Shown: piece by piece, positions 1 to 7,978 of the stretch
Layout: each line of letters opens with the position of its first letter
How positions within the stretch are numbered: the first letter of the stretch is position 1
NCBI RefSeq assembly: GCF_006345805.1
Contig: NW_021827694.1
Coordinates: 1 to 9,910 of the forward strand
Source: Octopus sinensis
Lineage: Eukaryota
Direction: 5' to 3'
Length of the DNA: 9,910 nt
Position numbers and translations under genes: made by a program
The notes under the pieces: model-generated
Told to the model about the DNA's origin: nothing
Seen by the model: the letters and a program-made list of their open reading frames with translations, nothing else
Database searches by the model: none

Positions 1-20
1 AAAAAAACCCCAAAATATAT

Positions 21-130
21 GGCACACTAGGCATAACAACAACGTGAACTTCCAACCTGTTGTCTCTTGAGGTCTCTGGGTGAGACTTGGAGCCAACTTG
101 TACAGACATAAAGCAAAAGTCAACACACCA

Positions 131-131
<1 letters not shown>
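21..131 (+). mobile_element. Possible 3' end of a non-LTR retrotransposon followed by an (AAT)n tail
   Basis: Non-repetitive segment (GGCACACTAGGCATAACAAC...GGTCTCTGGGTGAGACTTGGAGCCAACTTGTAC) running directly into (AAT)n. The resemblance to an octopus LINE 3' UTR is from memory only; no ORF is visible. Confidence 0.25.
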
Positions 132-199
<68 letters not shown>

Positions 200-220
200 T
201 GAGAACATTAATAATAATAA
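132..220. repeat. (AAT)n microsatellite
   Basis: Direct reading; one interruption (GATGAGAACATT). Confidence 0.97.
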
Positions 221-427
221 TTTCAAATTTTGGCTCAAGGGCAGATATTTTGGGGGAGAGGTAACTCGGTTACATGGACCCAAGTGCTCAACTGGTATTA
301 TTTCACCGACCCCGAAAGCATGAAAGACAAAGTCGACCTCGGCGGAATTTCAACTAATTTGAAGTAAAAAACGGATGAAATGTCGCTTGCCTGGCGTACC
401 AACGATTCTGCCGGGGGTCGCCGTCTT
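221..427 (-). mobile_element. tRNA-derived SINE, family 1, tail type A, near full length, diverged
   Basis: Reverse complement of the head and core of the 6273-6505 copy: AACTGGTA..., CGACCCCGAAAGCATGAAAGACAAAGTCGACCTCGGCGGAATTT, then ACGATTCTGCC (A box rc). Tail rc TTTCAAATTTTGGCTCAAGG abuts the microsatellite. Confidence 0.85.
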
Positions 428-460
428 AATATTAATTTTTTTTAAATCCTTCCTGCTGTA

Positions 461-635
461 AGGTACAAGGCGTGGAATTTGAAGGGAAAGGAATGGTGGA
501 TCACATCGACCTCAGTACACAACTGGTACTTCATTTATCGACCCCCGAAAGGATGAAAGGCAAAGTCGACCTCCTCGGAATTTGAACCCGGAACGTAAGG
601 TCAGTTGAGATGCCACGAAGTATTTTGCAGCATTT
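461..635 (-). mobile_element. SINE family 1 copy, 5' end eroded
   Basis: CACATCGACCTCAGT..AACTGGTACTT..ATCGACCCCCGAAAGGATGAAAGGCAAAGTCGACCTCCTCGGAATTTGAAC (core plus B box rc). Confidence 0.85.
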
Positions 636-642
636 CGAAATG

Positions 643-682
<40 letters not shown>

Positions 683-760
683 AATAATAATGATAATAAT
701 AATAATAATAACAACAACAACAACAACAACAACAACGATGATGATGATGATGATGATAAT
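643..760. repeat. Compound (GAT)n(AAT)n(AAC)n(GAT)n microsatellite
   Basis: Direct reading. Confidence 0.97.
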
Positions 761-948
761 TGGTTTCGAATTAAGGCTCGTGGTCAGTCATTTTAACGAA
801 ATGGGTTTAAGTTCATTACATCGGCACCCGGTTTTGAGTGCTACTTAATTTTATCGGTCACGAGAAGTCCGAAGACGAAGTTGATCTCGGCTAAGGATAT
901 GTGTTGCAAAAGCAATTTGTCCGACGCGCTGACGATTCTGCCAGCTCG
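761..948 (-). mobile_element. SINE family 1 copy, strongly diverged, B-box region deleted
   Basis: TTACATCGGCACCC..., GAAGACGAAGTTGATCTCGGC, and ACGATTCTGCCAGCTCG, the rc of the head CGAGCTGGCAGAAT. Confidence 0.7.
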
Positions 949-950
949 AT

Positions 951-951
951 T

Positions 952-1001
<50 letters not shown>

Positions 1002-1369
1002 GGTGCTGATGATGATGATGATGATGATGACGATGATTATTATGATGATGATGATGACGAGGTTTACGATGACGACGGCGATGATAATGGTGATGATGAT
1101 GATGATGATGTTGCTGCTGCTGCTACTGCTTCTGCTGCTGATGATGATGCTGATGATGATGATGATGATGACGAGGTTTACGATGACGACGGCGATGATG
1201 ATGCTGATGATGATGATGATGATGATGATGTTGTTGCTGCTACTGCTTCTGCTGCTGATGATGATGATGACGATGACGATGGTGATAATGACGACGATGA
1301 AAACGATTATGATGATAATAATGACGACGTCTACGCTGACGACGGCGATGATGATGATGGTGATGATGA
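951..1369. repeat. Compound GAT/GGT/GCT/GAC microsatellite with an internal 114-117 bp duplication
   Basis: ACGAGGTTTACGATGACGACGGCG at 1057 and 1171; CTACTGCTTCTG at 1123 and 1240. Confidence 0.95.
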
Positions 1370-1595
1370 ACATAAAGTGGATGACCTATGATAATACGAG
1401 CGACAAAGGCGGCCATATTGAAGAAAATGAAATTAAATTTTTATATCACGAAAACAAGGAAATAAACAAAAACAAAAAAGAAAACGAAAACAAAGGGAAA
1501 AAGAAAGGAAGATGAGTGCTGTGGTACCAAACAAAATAAATCCCATATCAAAGCAAAGGTAAACTACGAACCTAATCCCTGACCGTACCCCGCCG

Positions 1596-1700
1596 GGCCC
1601 CCATCAATTACTGGTACACTACAGTATTAACGCAACCACCGAAGTGATAAAAGTTAAAACTGTCCCGTGGTGAGATTCGAACCCGGAATGTACAAGTTTG
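1596..1700 (-). mobile_element. Old SINE remnant, probably family 1-related
   Basis: AATTACTGGTAC (1606-1617) and B-box rc GAGATTCGAACC (1672-1683) at the same relative order as in better copies. Confidence 0.4.
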
Positions 1701-1808
1701 GAAACGCATCTATTCAGAGGCACTTTATAGCATCTGAATTCTTTTACATCGTTCGGCAACATAACTGGCCATGCTGGAACACTGCTGTTTAAGCGAACTT
1801 TATCGCTG

Positions 1809-1846
1809 TAATAATAATAACAATAATAATAATAATAATGATGATT

Positions 1847-1899
<53 letters not shown>

Positions 1900-2139
1900 A
1901 TTGATGATGATGAGGAGGAGGAGGATCATGATGATGATAATGAGGATGATGATGTTGATGATGATGATAATAATAATAATAATAATAATAACAATAATGA
2001 TGCTGATGATGATGATGATGATGAGGAGGAGAAGAAGAAGAAGAAGAAGAAGAAGAAGAAGAAGAAGAAGAAGAAGAATGATGATGATGATGATATTGAT
2101 GATGATGATGATGAGGAGGAGGAGGAGGAGGAGGATAAT
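1809..2139. repeat. Compound AAT/GAT/GAG/AAG microsatellite
   Basis: Direct reading; the GATATTGATGAT..GAGGAGGAGGAT motif recurs at about 1897 and 2092. Confidence 0.97.
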
Positions 2140-2140
2140 C

Positions 2141-2326
2141 CTTTCTAAAATTTAGGTTGAGGAGGGGGCTAGTCGATTACATCGACTCCAGTGTTTAACT
2201 GGTACTTATTTCATCGAACCCCGAAAGGGTGAAATGCGAAGTTAAGCTCGGCGGAATTTGAACTCAAAGCTTAGAGGCAGACGCTAAGCATTTTGGTCGA
2301 CATGTTTAACGATTGTGCCAGCGGCG
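2141..2326 (-). mobile_element. SINE family 1 copy
   Basis: AGTCGATTACATCGACTCCAGTG..AACTGGTACTTATT..CCCCGAAAGG..CTCGGCGGAATTTGAACTC..ACGATTGTGCCAGC. Confidence 0.85.
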
Positions 2327-2344
2327 AACGGGCAGATTCACACC

Positions 2345-2455
2345 AAACAGCAGCAACACCAACAGCAGCAGAAGCAGCAGCAGCAGCAGCGATAACAACA
2401 ACAACAACAACAATAACAGCAGATGTAACAACTACATCAACAACAACAACAACAG
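2345..2455. repeat. CAG/AAC microsatellite
   Basis: Direct reading. Confidence 0.9.
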
Positions 2456-2460
2456 CTATG

Positions 2461-2670
2461 ATTTCGGTTTCAAATTTTGGCACAAGGCCAGCACTTTCGG
2501 GGAAGATGCTACGTTGATTACATCGTCCCCCAATGTTTAACTGGTACTTTTTCCATATCGACCGCGAAAGAATTAAACGACAAAGTCGTTCTCGGGAGGA
2601 ATTTGAACTCAAAACATAAAAACAGACGCCAAGCACTTTGTTCGGCAACATAACGATTCTGCCAGAGGCA
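2461..2670 (-). mobile_element. SINE family 1 copy, tail type A
   Basis: ATTTCGGTTTCAAATTTTGGCACAAGGCCAGCA tail rc, core, GAATTTGAACTC B box rc, ACGATTCTGCCAG A box rc. Confidence 0.85.
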
Positions 2671-2682
2671 ACACGGCACTTG

Positions 2683-2720
2683 AACAACAACAAAAACAAC
2701 AACAACAACAACAACAATAA
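2683..2720. repeat. (AAC)n microsatellite
   Basis: Direct reading. Confidence 0.95.
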
Positions 2721-2725
2721 GCATA

Positions 2726-2918
2726 ATTTCGGTTTCAAATTTTGGCACAAGGCCAGCAATTTCCAAGGATTGGCTAAGTCGTCTCACATCGAATCTAGTG
2801 CTCAAACTAGTACTTTGTTTATCGACCCAGGAAAGGATGAAGGGCAAAGTCGACCTCGGCGGGATTTGAACTCAAAACGTAAAGGCAGCCGCTAAACATT
2901 TAGTCCGACATACTAACG
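2726..2918 (-). mobile_element. SINE family 1 copy, tail type A
   Basis: Same ATTTCGGTTTCAAATTTTGGCACAAGGCCAGCA tail rc as the 2461 copy; GAAAGGATGAAGGGCAAAGTCGACCTCGGCGGGATTTGAACTC core. Confidence 0.87.
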
Positions 2919-2939
2919 CAAGCCTGCAAAATTACAAGA

Positions 2940-2971
<32 letters not shown>

Positions 2972-3000
2972 GGTGGTGGTGGTGGTGGTGGCGGTGGTGG
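2940..3000. repeat. (GAT)n(GGT)n microsatellite
   Basis: Direct reading. Confidence 0.95.
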
Positions 3001-3222
3001 TTCTTTCTAACTTTGGAACAAGGCGAGCGATTCTGAGGAGAAAGGACTAATCGATTACATCGCCCCCCCCCCACTCCCCACTCGGCCTCTATATATGATT
3101 GGTACTTTATTTTCATTGATCCCGAAAGGATGAATGGCTAAGCTGACCCCGGTGGGATTTGAAACCATAAAACGTAAAGAGTCGGAATTATAAACCTCAA
3201 GGCCTTTTTGTCCGACATCCTA
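3001..3222 (-). mobile_element. SINE family 1 copy with a C-rich insertion in the core
   Basis: TAATCGATTACATCG, TTGGTACTTTATT, GATCCCGAAAGGATGAA, GGGATTTGAAACC. Confidence 0.75.
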
Positions 3223-3244
3223 AAGAATAAGGAGTCGGGTTTTA

Positions 3245-3690
3245 CAAAGGTACAAGATCAGCGAAATGCTATTGTTTTGTTCTGCGAGGGAAGAGCGAGA
3301 TGATGAGGAAGAGGAGGAAAAGCTGCCTATATTATACAGAATATTTAACTGGTACTCTTTTTGTTGACGCCAAAAGATTGAATCATAAAGGAAGGGCACG
3401 CGTGGATTTTGAACTATGATCTAAAGAGATGCAGCTTTATACCTTCTCCTTCCTTTTACCAGTTCCGCAAACCCAACAGCATTTTTTTTTTTTTAATCAA
3501 AATAAAAAAAATTTTCCGAAAATATTCATAAGGCTACAAATTTGGAGAGAAATGGTTACTAGGTTCGACTAATCAACTTCAATACTGATGGTATATTTTT
3601 TTGAACTCCAGAAAGATGACCAGGGTGAAATACGAACTTAGAATGTACTCGTAAAGGTACCTTGGTACTCTAACGATTTAGCTAAGCGTT
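3245..3690 (-). mobile_element. Two further very old SINE family 1-like remnants (about 3245-3470 and 3527-3690)
   Basis: TTTAACTGGTACTC..GACGCCAAAAGATTGAA..GGATTTTGAAC, and CATAAGGCTACAAATTTGGAGAG..GATGGTATATT..CCAGAAAGATGA..CTAACGATT, in the family's motif order. Confidence 0.4.
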
Positions 3691-3731
3691 TTAATAATCC
3701 ACCAAATATAGTATCATCATTAATCATCGTA

Positions 3732-4080
3732 ATCGACCCCAGTGATTAACTGGTGCTTATTTAATCGACCCCCGAAGGATGAAAGGCAAAGTCGACCTCG
3801 ACGGAATTTGAACTCAGAACGTAGCGGCAGATGAAATACTTATTTCTTTACTACCTACAAGGGGGCTAAACACAGAGAGGACAAACAAGCACAGACAGAC
3901 GGATTAAGTCGATTACATCGACCCCAGTGCGTAACTAGCACTTATTTAATCGACCCCGAAAGGATGAAAGGCAAAGTCGACCCCGGCGGAATTTGAACTC
4001 AGAACGTAGCGGCAGACGAAATACCTATTTCTTTACTACCCACAAGGGGCTAAACACAGAGAGGACAAACAAGGACAGAG
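3732..4080 (-). mobile_element. Tandem pair (period 185 bp) of head-less SINE family 1 units, tail type B
   Basis: ATCGACCCCAGTG at 3732 and 3917; GAAAGGCAAAGTCGAC at 3781 and 3966. About 90% identity by manual count. Matches the 6273-6505 copy minus its first ~50 nt. Confidence 0.92.
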
Positions 4081-4486
4081 GTGATTTTAAAATGAGAATA
4101 TCTTAAATAAACTCGACTGCTCTCACAAATAAGAATACTAAAAATGAACCCGACTGCTCTCAAAAGAGAAAATAGAGTCATGAGGAAATAAAGACAAGTT
4201 GCACAGACCTGGATACCATTCAGCCGCAGTGTTGCAATATTAAGCAAAACAAGTATTCTTCCTGCGATTTTCAGACGTATGATCAAATTCCTTTTAAGGA
4301 ACTTCATCAAACACCATGTTGATAGCTAATAAATGAGAGCTGACGTCAAGGATCACATGAAAATGTAGCGCTAGCAACTTATACCATCAACAACCATTTC
4401 TTCTTAATACGAAGTTGTGTACAAACAAGAAAATGGCCGACTTAATAAAACCGTGGTTCATGATATATATATATATATATATATAA

Positions 4487-4842
4487 CTAGCACTATGACC
4501 CGAGTGCATGCATATACAGCTGCATGTGTGCGCACAAACACGCGAGTACTGTCCAAATCTCCGACCAGTCACATACAGTTAACTGGCATTCAATTGGCGT
4601 ATCAAGTTTCGGGCATTTTGATTGGGTTTTGGATAGAAAATTCACAAAAAAAGTTACTTCTATTGATTTTTTAATGGCTTTGCGGGGTGACTGGGGAAAT
4701 GTAAAGATATACACAACCACCCTTGGACGGTTTTGAATGACCATAGAAAGTGCGAGCCCTCTAACTGAAAAAATGTGGATTTGTATAAAGGACACGCACA
4801 CACAGACAGACATTTTGCCGTTTATATATATATATATATAGA
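4487..4842 (-). mobile_element. Non-autonomous Helitron-like element, 356 bp
   Basis: On the minus strand it starts A|TC (4842-4841, TCTATATATA...AAACGGCAAAATGTCTGTCTG) and ends CTAG|T (4490-4487), i.e. 5'-TC...CTRR-3' inserted in an AT dinucleotide with no TSD. Imperfect palindromes (CAGCTG-centred; TGTGCGCACA) lie within ~60 bp of the CTAG end. Confidence 0.62.
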
Positions 4843-5397
4843 TTATATAATTTGAATACACGTGGTGTGTAAAGGTGCGAGTCGTTGTATATTAGAAAGC
4901 CTTAGCTGTGATATGAAATCCTAAGAATGTAAATATAATTACTTAACTGCGTTATATGCAGAAAAATGCGAAAATATGATCCTGGCAAATCATTTCTGAG
5001 TTCGTTCCCCTCTTCTTATAAGAGCATAAAACAATTTAACTACCACATAAATCAGTAATACCTGAAGGCGTTATTGCAGTGGATAACTTTATTTGCATAT
5101 CTGTACTATAAACGGCTTGTCACTAATTAAGCAATATATATGTTATTCACAACATGGTGTGGATCAGAAGAACTAGAATGATCTGAAAGTTTTAAAAGAC
5201 CTACATGTGGTAGGAAATTATTACAATGTAGACATATTCATTATATGCTTTAGGTGTGAATAAAACTTTAAGGTGAAATTCCTGGTGAACCGTGACGAAT
5301 TTGCTGAGCATTCCTCGGAGGATACGAACCTGGTTTCCTGTCTAACAGTCATACAGACAGGCATATATAAACGCACAACAGCATTTGCATATTATAT

Positions 5398-5425
5398 CTG
5401 TGTGTGTGTGTATGTATATACATTA

Positions 5426-5480
<55 letters not shown>

Positions 5481-5754
5481 TATAGATAGAGAGAGAGAGA
5501 GGTGAGATGCATACATATGTATATATATTATATATATATTATATATAATATATTAATATATATATATATAACGTGTGTGTGTGTGTGGTTTGTGGTTAAT
5601 GTGAATGTATGTGTGCGCATGAGTGTGTGAGTGTTTGCGTATTTATTATAACATATATTTACATATAGATTTGTACTATATATACATACACATAAAATGT
5701 ATATAAAATACATATAAAAAATATATATAGAGAGAGAGAGAGAGAGATACACAA

Positions 5755-5803
<49 letters not shown>

Positions 5804-5927
5804 CATGCATATGCATGTGTGTGTGTATGTATACATGTATACAAACATACACACACACACACACACATACACACACATACACACACACACACACACAAAT
5901 ATATATATATATATATACACATACATA
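5398..5927. repeat. Compound (TG)n/(TA)n/(GA)n/(CA)n dinucleotide microsatellite field
   Basis: Direct reading. Confidence 0.95.
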
Positions 5928-6187
5928 TAGGGCGTTTGGGCTGTATATGACAGTTTGCGTAAAAGGAAAAGAAATCCTATCCAAAAAGTAGGTGTTTTAA
6001 ATTTTTTTTTTGTAAATTCCAACTGGATCAATACTGAGAGATAAAAATTTACTCAAAGTAGCGGCCCTCAGCGTCCACTACGGCCTCAAGTTGGCCCCAA
6101 AATCTGGAAAGATCTTCGAACACCTTCTTCCAGTAATCGCTGGGCATTGAGCAGCAATCGTGATGTCGGTGTTTTGATACCTGACAT

Positions 6188-6204
6188 GTACTTGCTTCGG
6201 CAGT

Positions 6205-6239
<35 letters not shown>

Positions 6240-6267
6240 TAGCATGGCCCCTGCGTTCCATATTTTT
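6188..6267 (+). pseudogene. U6: U6 snRNA retro-pseudogene with both ends intact, a 28-nt internal deletion and a 1-nt insertion
   Basis: GTACTTGCTTCGGCAGTACATATACTAAAATTGGAACGATACAGAGAAGATTTAGCATGGCCCCTGCG|TTCCATATTTTT. ACAGAGA box at 6228-6234 (U6 nt 41-47), 5' stem-loop GUACUUGC-UUCG-GCAGUAC, oligo-T 3' end. Relative to human U6, CAAGGATGACACGCAAATTCGTGAAGCG is missing. Confidence 0.95.
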
Positions 6268-6272
6268 CTAAA

Positions 6273-6505
6273 GGCGGCGAGCTGGCAGAACCGTTAGCAC
6301 GCCGGGCGAAATGCGTAGCCATATTTCGTCTGCCGTTACGTTCTGGGTTCAAATTCCGCCGAGGTCGACTTTGCGCATTTCATCCTTTCGGGGTCGATTA
6401 AATAAGTACCAGTTTCGCACTGGGGTCGATGTAATCGACTTAATCCGTTTGTCTGTCCTTGATTGTCCCCTCTATGTTTAGCCCCTTGTGGGGAGCAAAG
6501 AAACA
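6273..6505 (+). mobile_element. Full-length tRNA-derived SINE, family 1, tail type B
   Basis: GGCGGCGAGC head, A-box-like TGGCAGAACCG (6283-6293), B box GGTTCAAATTCC (6346-6357), core CATCCTTTCGGGGTCGATTAAATAAGTACCAG, 3' end AGCCCCTTGTGGGGAGCAAAGAAACA matching the tail in 3732-4080. Confidence 0.93.
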
Positions 6506-6709
6506 GATACCTGGCATGTATGGTCATGGTACAGGTAACTCTTTTGCAATATTCAGATCGCTCCCAGCTCTCTATCTCAGCTAACTTTTCCTCAACTACA
6601 ACTTAAATCTTTATGCTCTCCAACGCCGTTGATGACTGTTCACTAATGCATCAAGCTGTTTCTCCCAAAAAGAGACAAAGAAATCGTCAGATTCAGCCCG
6701 AATACCCTG

Positions 6710-6767
6710 TGTGTATGAGTGTGTGTGTGTGCGTGTATGTGTGTGTGTGTGCATGTATGTATATATG

Positions 6768-6802
<35 letters not shown>

Positions 6803-7066
6803 GTATATATTTATATATATATATACATATATATCATATATATATGCATATATATACATATATATGTGCACACAACACACACACACATATATATATGTAT
6901 GTATATATATATATATATATGTGTGTGTGTAATATGTATATATGTATATATATATGTGTGTATGTATATATATATATATATATGCACGTATGTATGTATC
7001 TATCTATACACACACACACACACATACACACATATATATATGTTTGTGTGTATGTGTGTGTGTATT
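6710..7066. repeat. Compound (TG)n/(TA)n/(CA)n microsatellite field
   Basis: Direct reading. Confidence 0.95.
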
Positions 7067-7427
7067 TCTTTTATTAGTTTTTTATCGATAAAATATGAAT
7101 ATAAACAAATGTATAAAGAAACAAACAAAAAAGAGACAACAGCTGTACAAATATACAAAACAAAGTCTTTTTTTTAAAAAAAAAAAAACAACAATGTTAT
7201 TTTCTACTTTTTTTTATTCCTTTATACTTTTTACCATATTTTTTTTTATGTATTGGCCTTATTGAGGCACACTTGATGCGAAAGGAAATAAAATAAAAAT
7301 TTTTTTCAAAGATCAAAGCGTTTCGAATTTTTGTTTGTTTTGTTTTGTAACAAAAAAAAACCAGAATAAATAAACTTGAACAAAAAAAGAAAAAAAACTG
7401 GAAAATATTTTATGATAACTAATTGCT

Positions 7428-7636
7428 CTTGTTGTTGTGTTGTTGTTGTTGTTGTTGCTGTTGATGACGAAGATGATGATCGTGGTCATGTTGTTGTTAA
7501 TGATGATGATGATGATGATGACGACGATGATTATGATGATGATGATGATGATCGTGTTGATGTGGTTCAGGATGACGATGATGATGATAATGATGATGAT
7601 CATGGTCATGTTGTTGTTAATGATGATGATGATGAT
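7428..7636. repeat. (GTT)n then (GAT)n compound microsatellite with a 120-bp internal duplication
   Basis: C(G/A)TGGTCATGTTGTTGTTAATGATGAT at 7481 and 7601. Confidence 0.95.
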
Positions 7637-7940
7637 TCGTAAGACTCGCAGAAGAGAAAGCAGGTCAGCCCCCGACACCGAGAGCATCGACGGATGGATG
7701 AATGCGCATCCAGGCTCAGCGGTTGCATAGGAAGTCGGGGACAAGAAACAGGAAGAAAGAGTGAGAGAAAGTTGGAGTTAAAGAGTACAACAGGGGTCGC
7801 CACCACCCACCCCCTGCCGGAGCCTCGTGGAGTTTTAGGTGTTTTCGCTCAATAAACACACACAACGTCCGATCTGGGAATCGAAACCACGATCCTCCGA
7901 CCGCGAGTCCGCTGCCCTAACCATTGGGCCATTGCGCCTC
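7637..7940 (-). mobile_element. Full-length tRNA-derived SINE, family 2, with an (ATC)n tail
   Basis: Minus strand reads GAGGCGCAATGGCCCAATGGTTAGGGCAGCGGACTCGCGGTCGGAGGATCGTGGTTTCGATTCCC (A box TGGCCCAATGG, B box GGTTTCGATTCC), then an unrelated body, ending in (ATC)n. Resemblance to the octopus OR-type SINEs is from memory. Confidence 0.88.
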
Positions 7941-7978
7941 TTTTTGTTGCTGTTGTTGTTATTCTTGTTCATAGTCGT

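Larger units (their letters stand above)
6176..6517 (+). repeat. Target-site duplication around the U6+SINE unit: GATACCTGACAT (6176-6187) / GATACCTGGCAT (6506-6517)
   Basis: 11/12 identical. The next three bases (GTA) also match at 6188-6190 and 6518-6520, giving 14/15. Confidence 0.88.
5928..6709 (-). mobile_element. Internally deleted, degenerate Tc1/mariner-superfamily DNA transposon (about 452 bp without its insert), interrupted by the U6-SINE insertion
   Basis: Imperfect 29-bp TIRs: TAGGGCGTTTGGGCTGTATATGACAGTTT (5928-5956) vs rc of 6681-6709 CAGGGTATTCGGGCTGAATCTGACGATTT, 21/29 identical. TA at 5926-5927 and TG at 6710-6711. Minus-strand peptide KKVFEDLSRFWGQLEAVVDAEGRYFE* (ends 6049) resembles the ..SRF..RLEAVV.AEG.YFE C-terminus of mariner/maT-type transposases. 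Confidence 0.7.

Noticed and set aside
87-3116. Long ORFs with poly-Met/Asp/Asn/Ile/Thr/His runs (e.g. 901-1515, 1771-2148, 2271-2759)
   Set aside because: They are translations of triplet microsatellites and SINE fragments, open in several frames and on both strands, with no protein-like segment.
4114-4162. 12-bp direct repeat CGACTGCTCTCA (4114, 4151) as a TSD
   Set aside because: The flanks are also loosely similar, so it is better explained as a decayed 37-bp tandem duplication with no element between the copies.
5062-5100. Possible 39-nt minus-strand micro-exon (AG|...TTCAG|GTATTA; YANKVIHCNNAF in one frame)
   Set aside because: Weak polypyrimidine tract, non-consensus donor +4 to +6, and no recognisable protein. 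It would need spliced RNA-seq reads or cross-species conservation.
5091-5390. Two octamer motifs ATTTGCAT (5091-5098, 5383-5390) as a U6 distal element
   Set aside because: They are 800-1100 bp upstream of a copy that was inserted inside a transposon, and 8-mers like this arise by chance in AT-rich DNA.
6049-6261. 70-aa minus-strand ORF as a real gene
   Set aside because: Its start lies in antisense U6 and only the last ~26 aa are transposase-like; it is an accidental fusion across the insertion junction.
6120-6267. Functional U6 snRNA gene
   Set aside because: No TATA box near -30, upstream DNA is transposon remnant, the ISL 3' arm is deleted, and a TSD marks it as a retrocopy.
5528-7177. 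ORFs rich in YI/CV/HT dipeptides
   Set aside because: Translations of (TA)n, (TG)n and (CA)n repeats.
7070-7427. A/T-rich stretch as a 3' UTR or terminator region
   Set aside because: Low complexity only; there is no associated exon or ORF to anchor the call.
6273-7940. tRNA genes at the A/B-box heads (6273-6360 and 7870-7940)
   Set aside because: A and B boxes are present but no complete cloverleaf or acceptor stem forms, and both continue into repeated SINE bodies.
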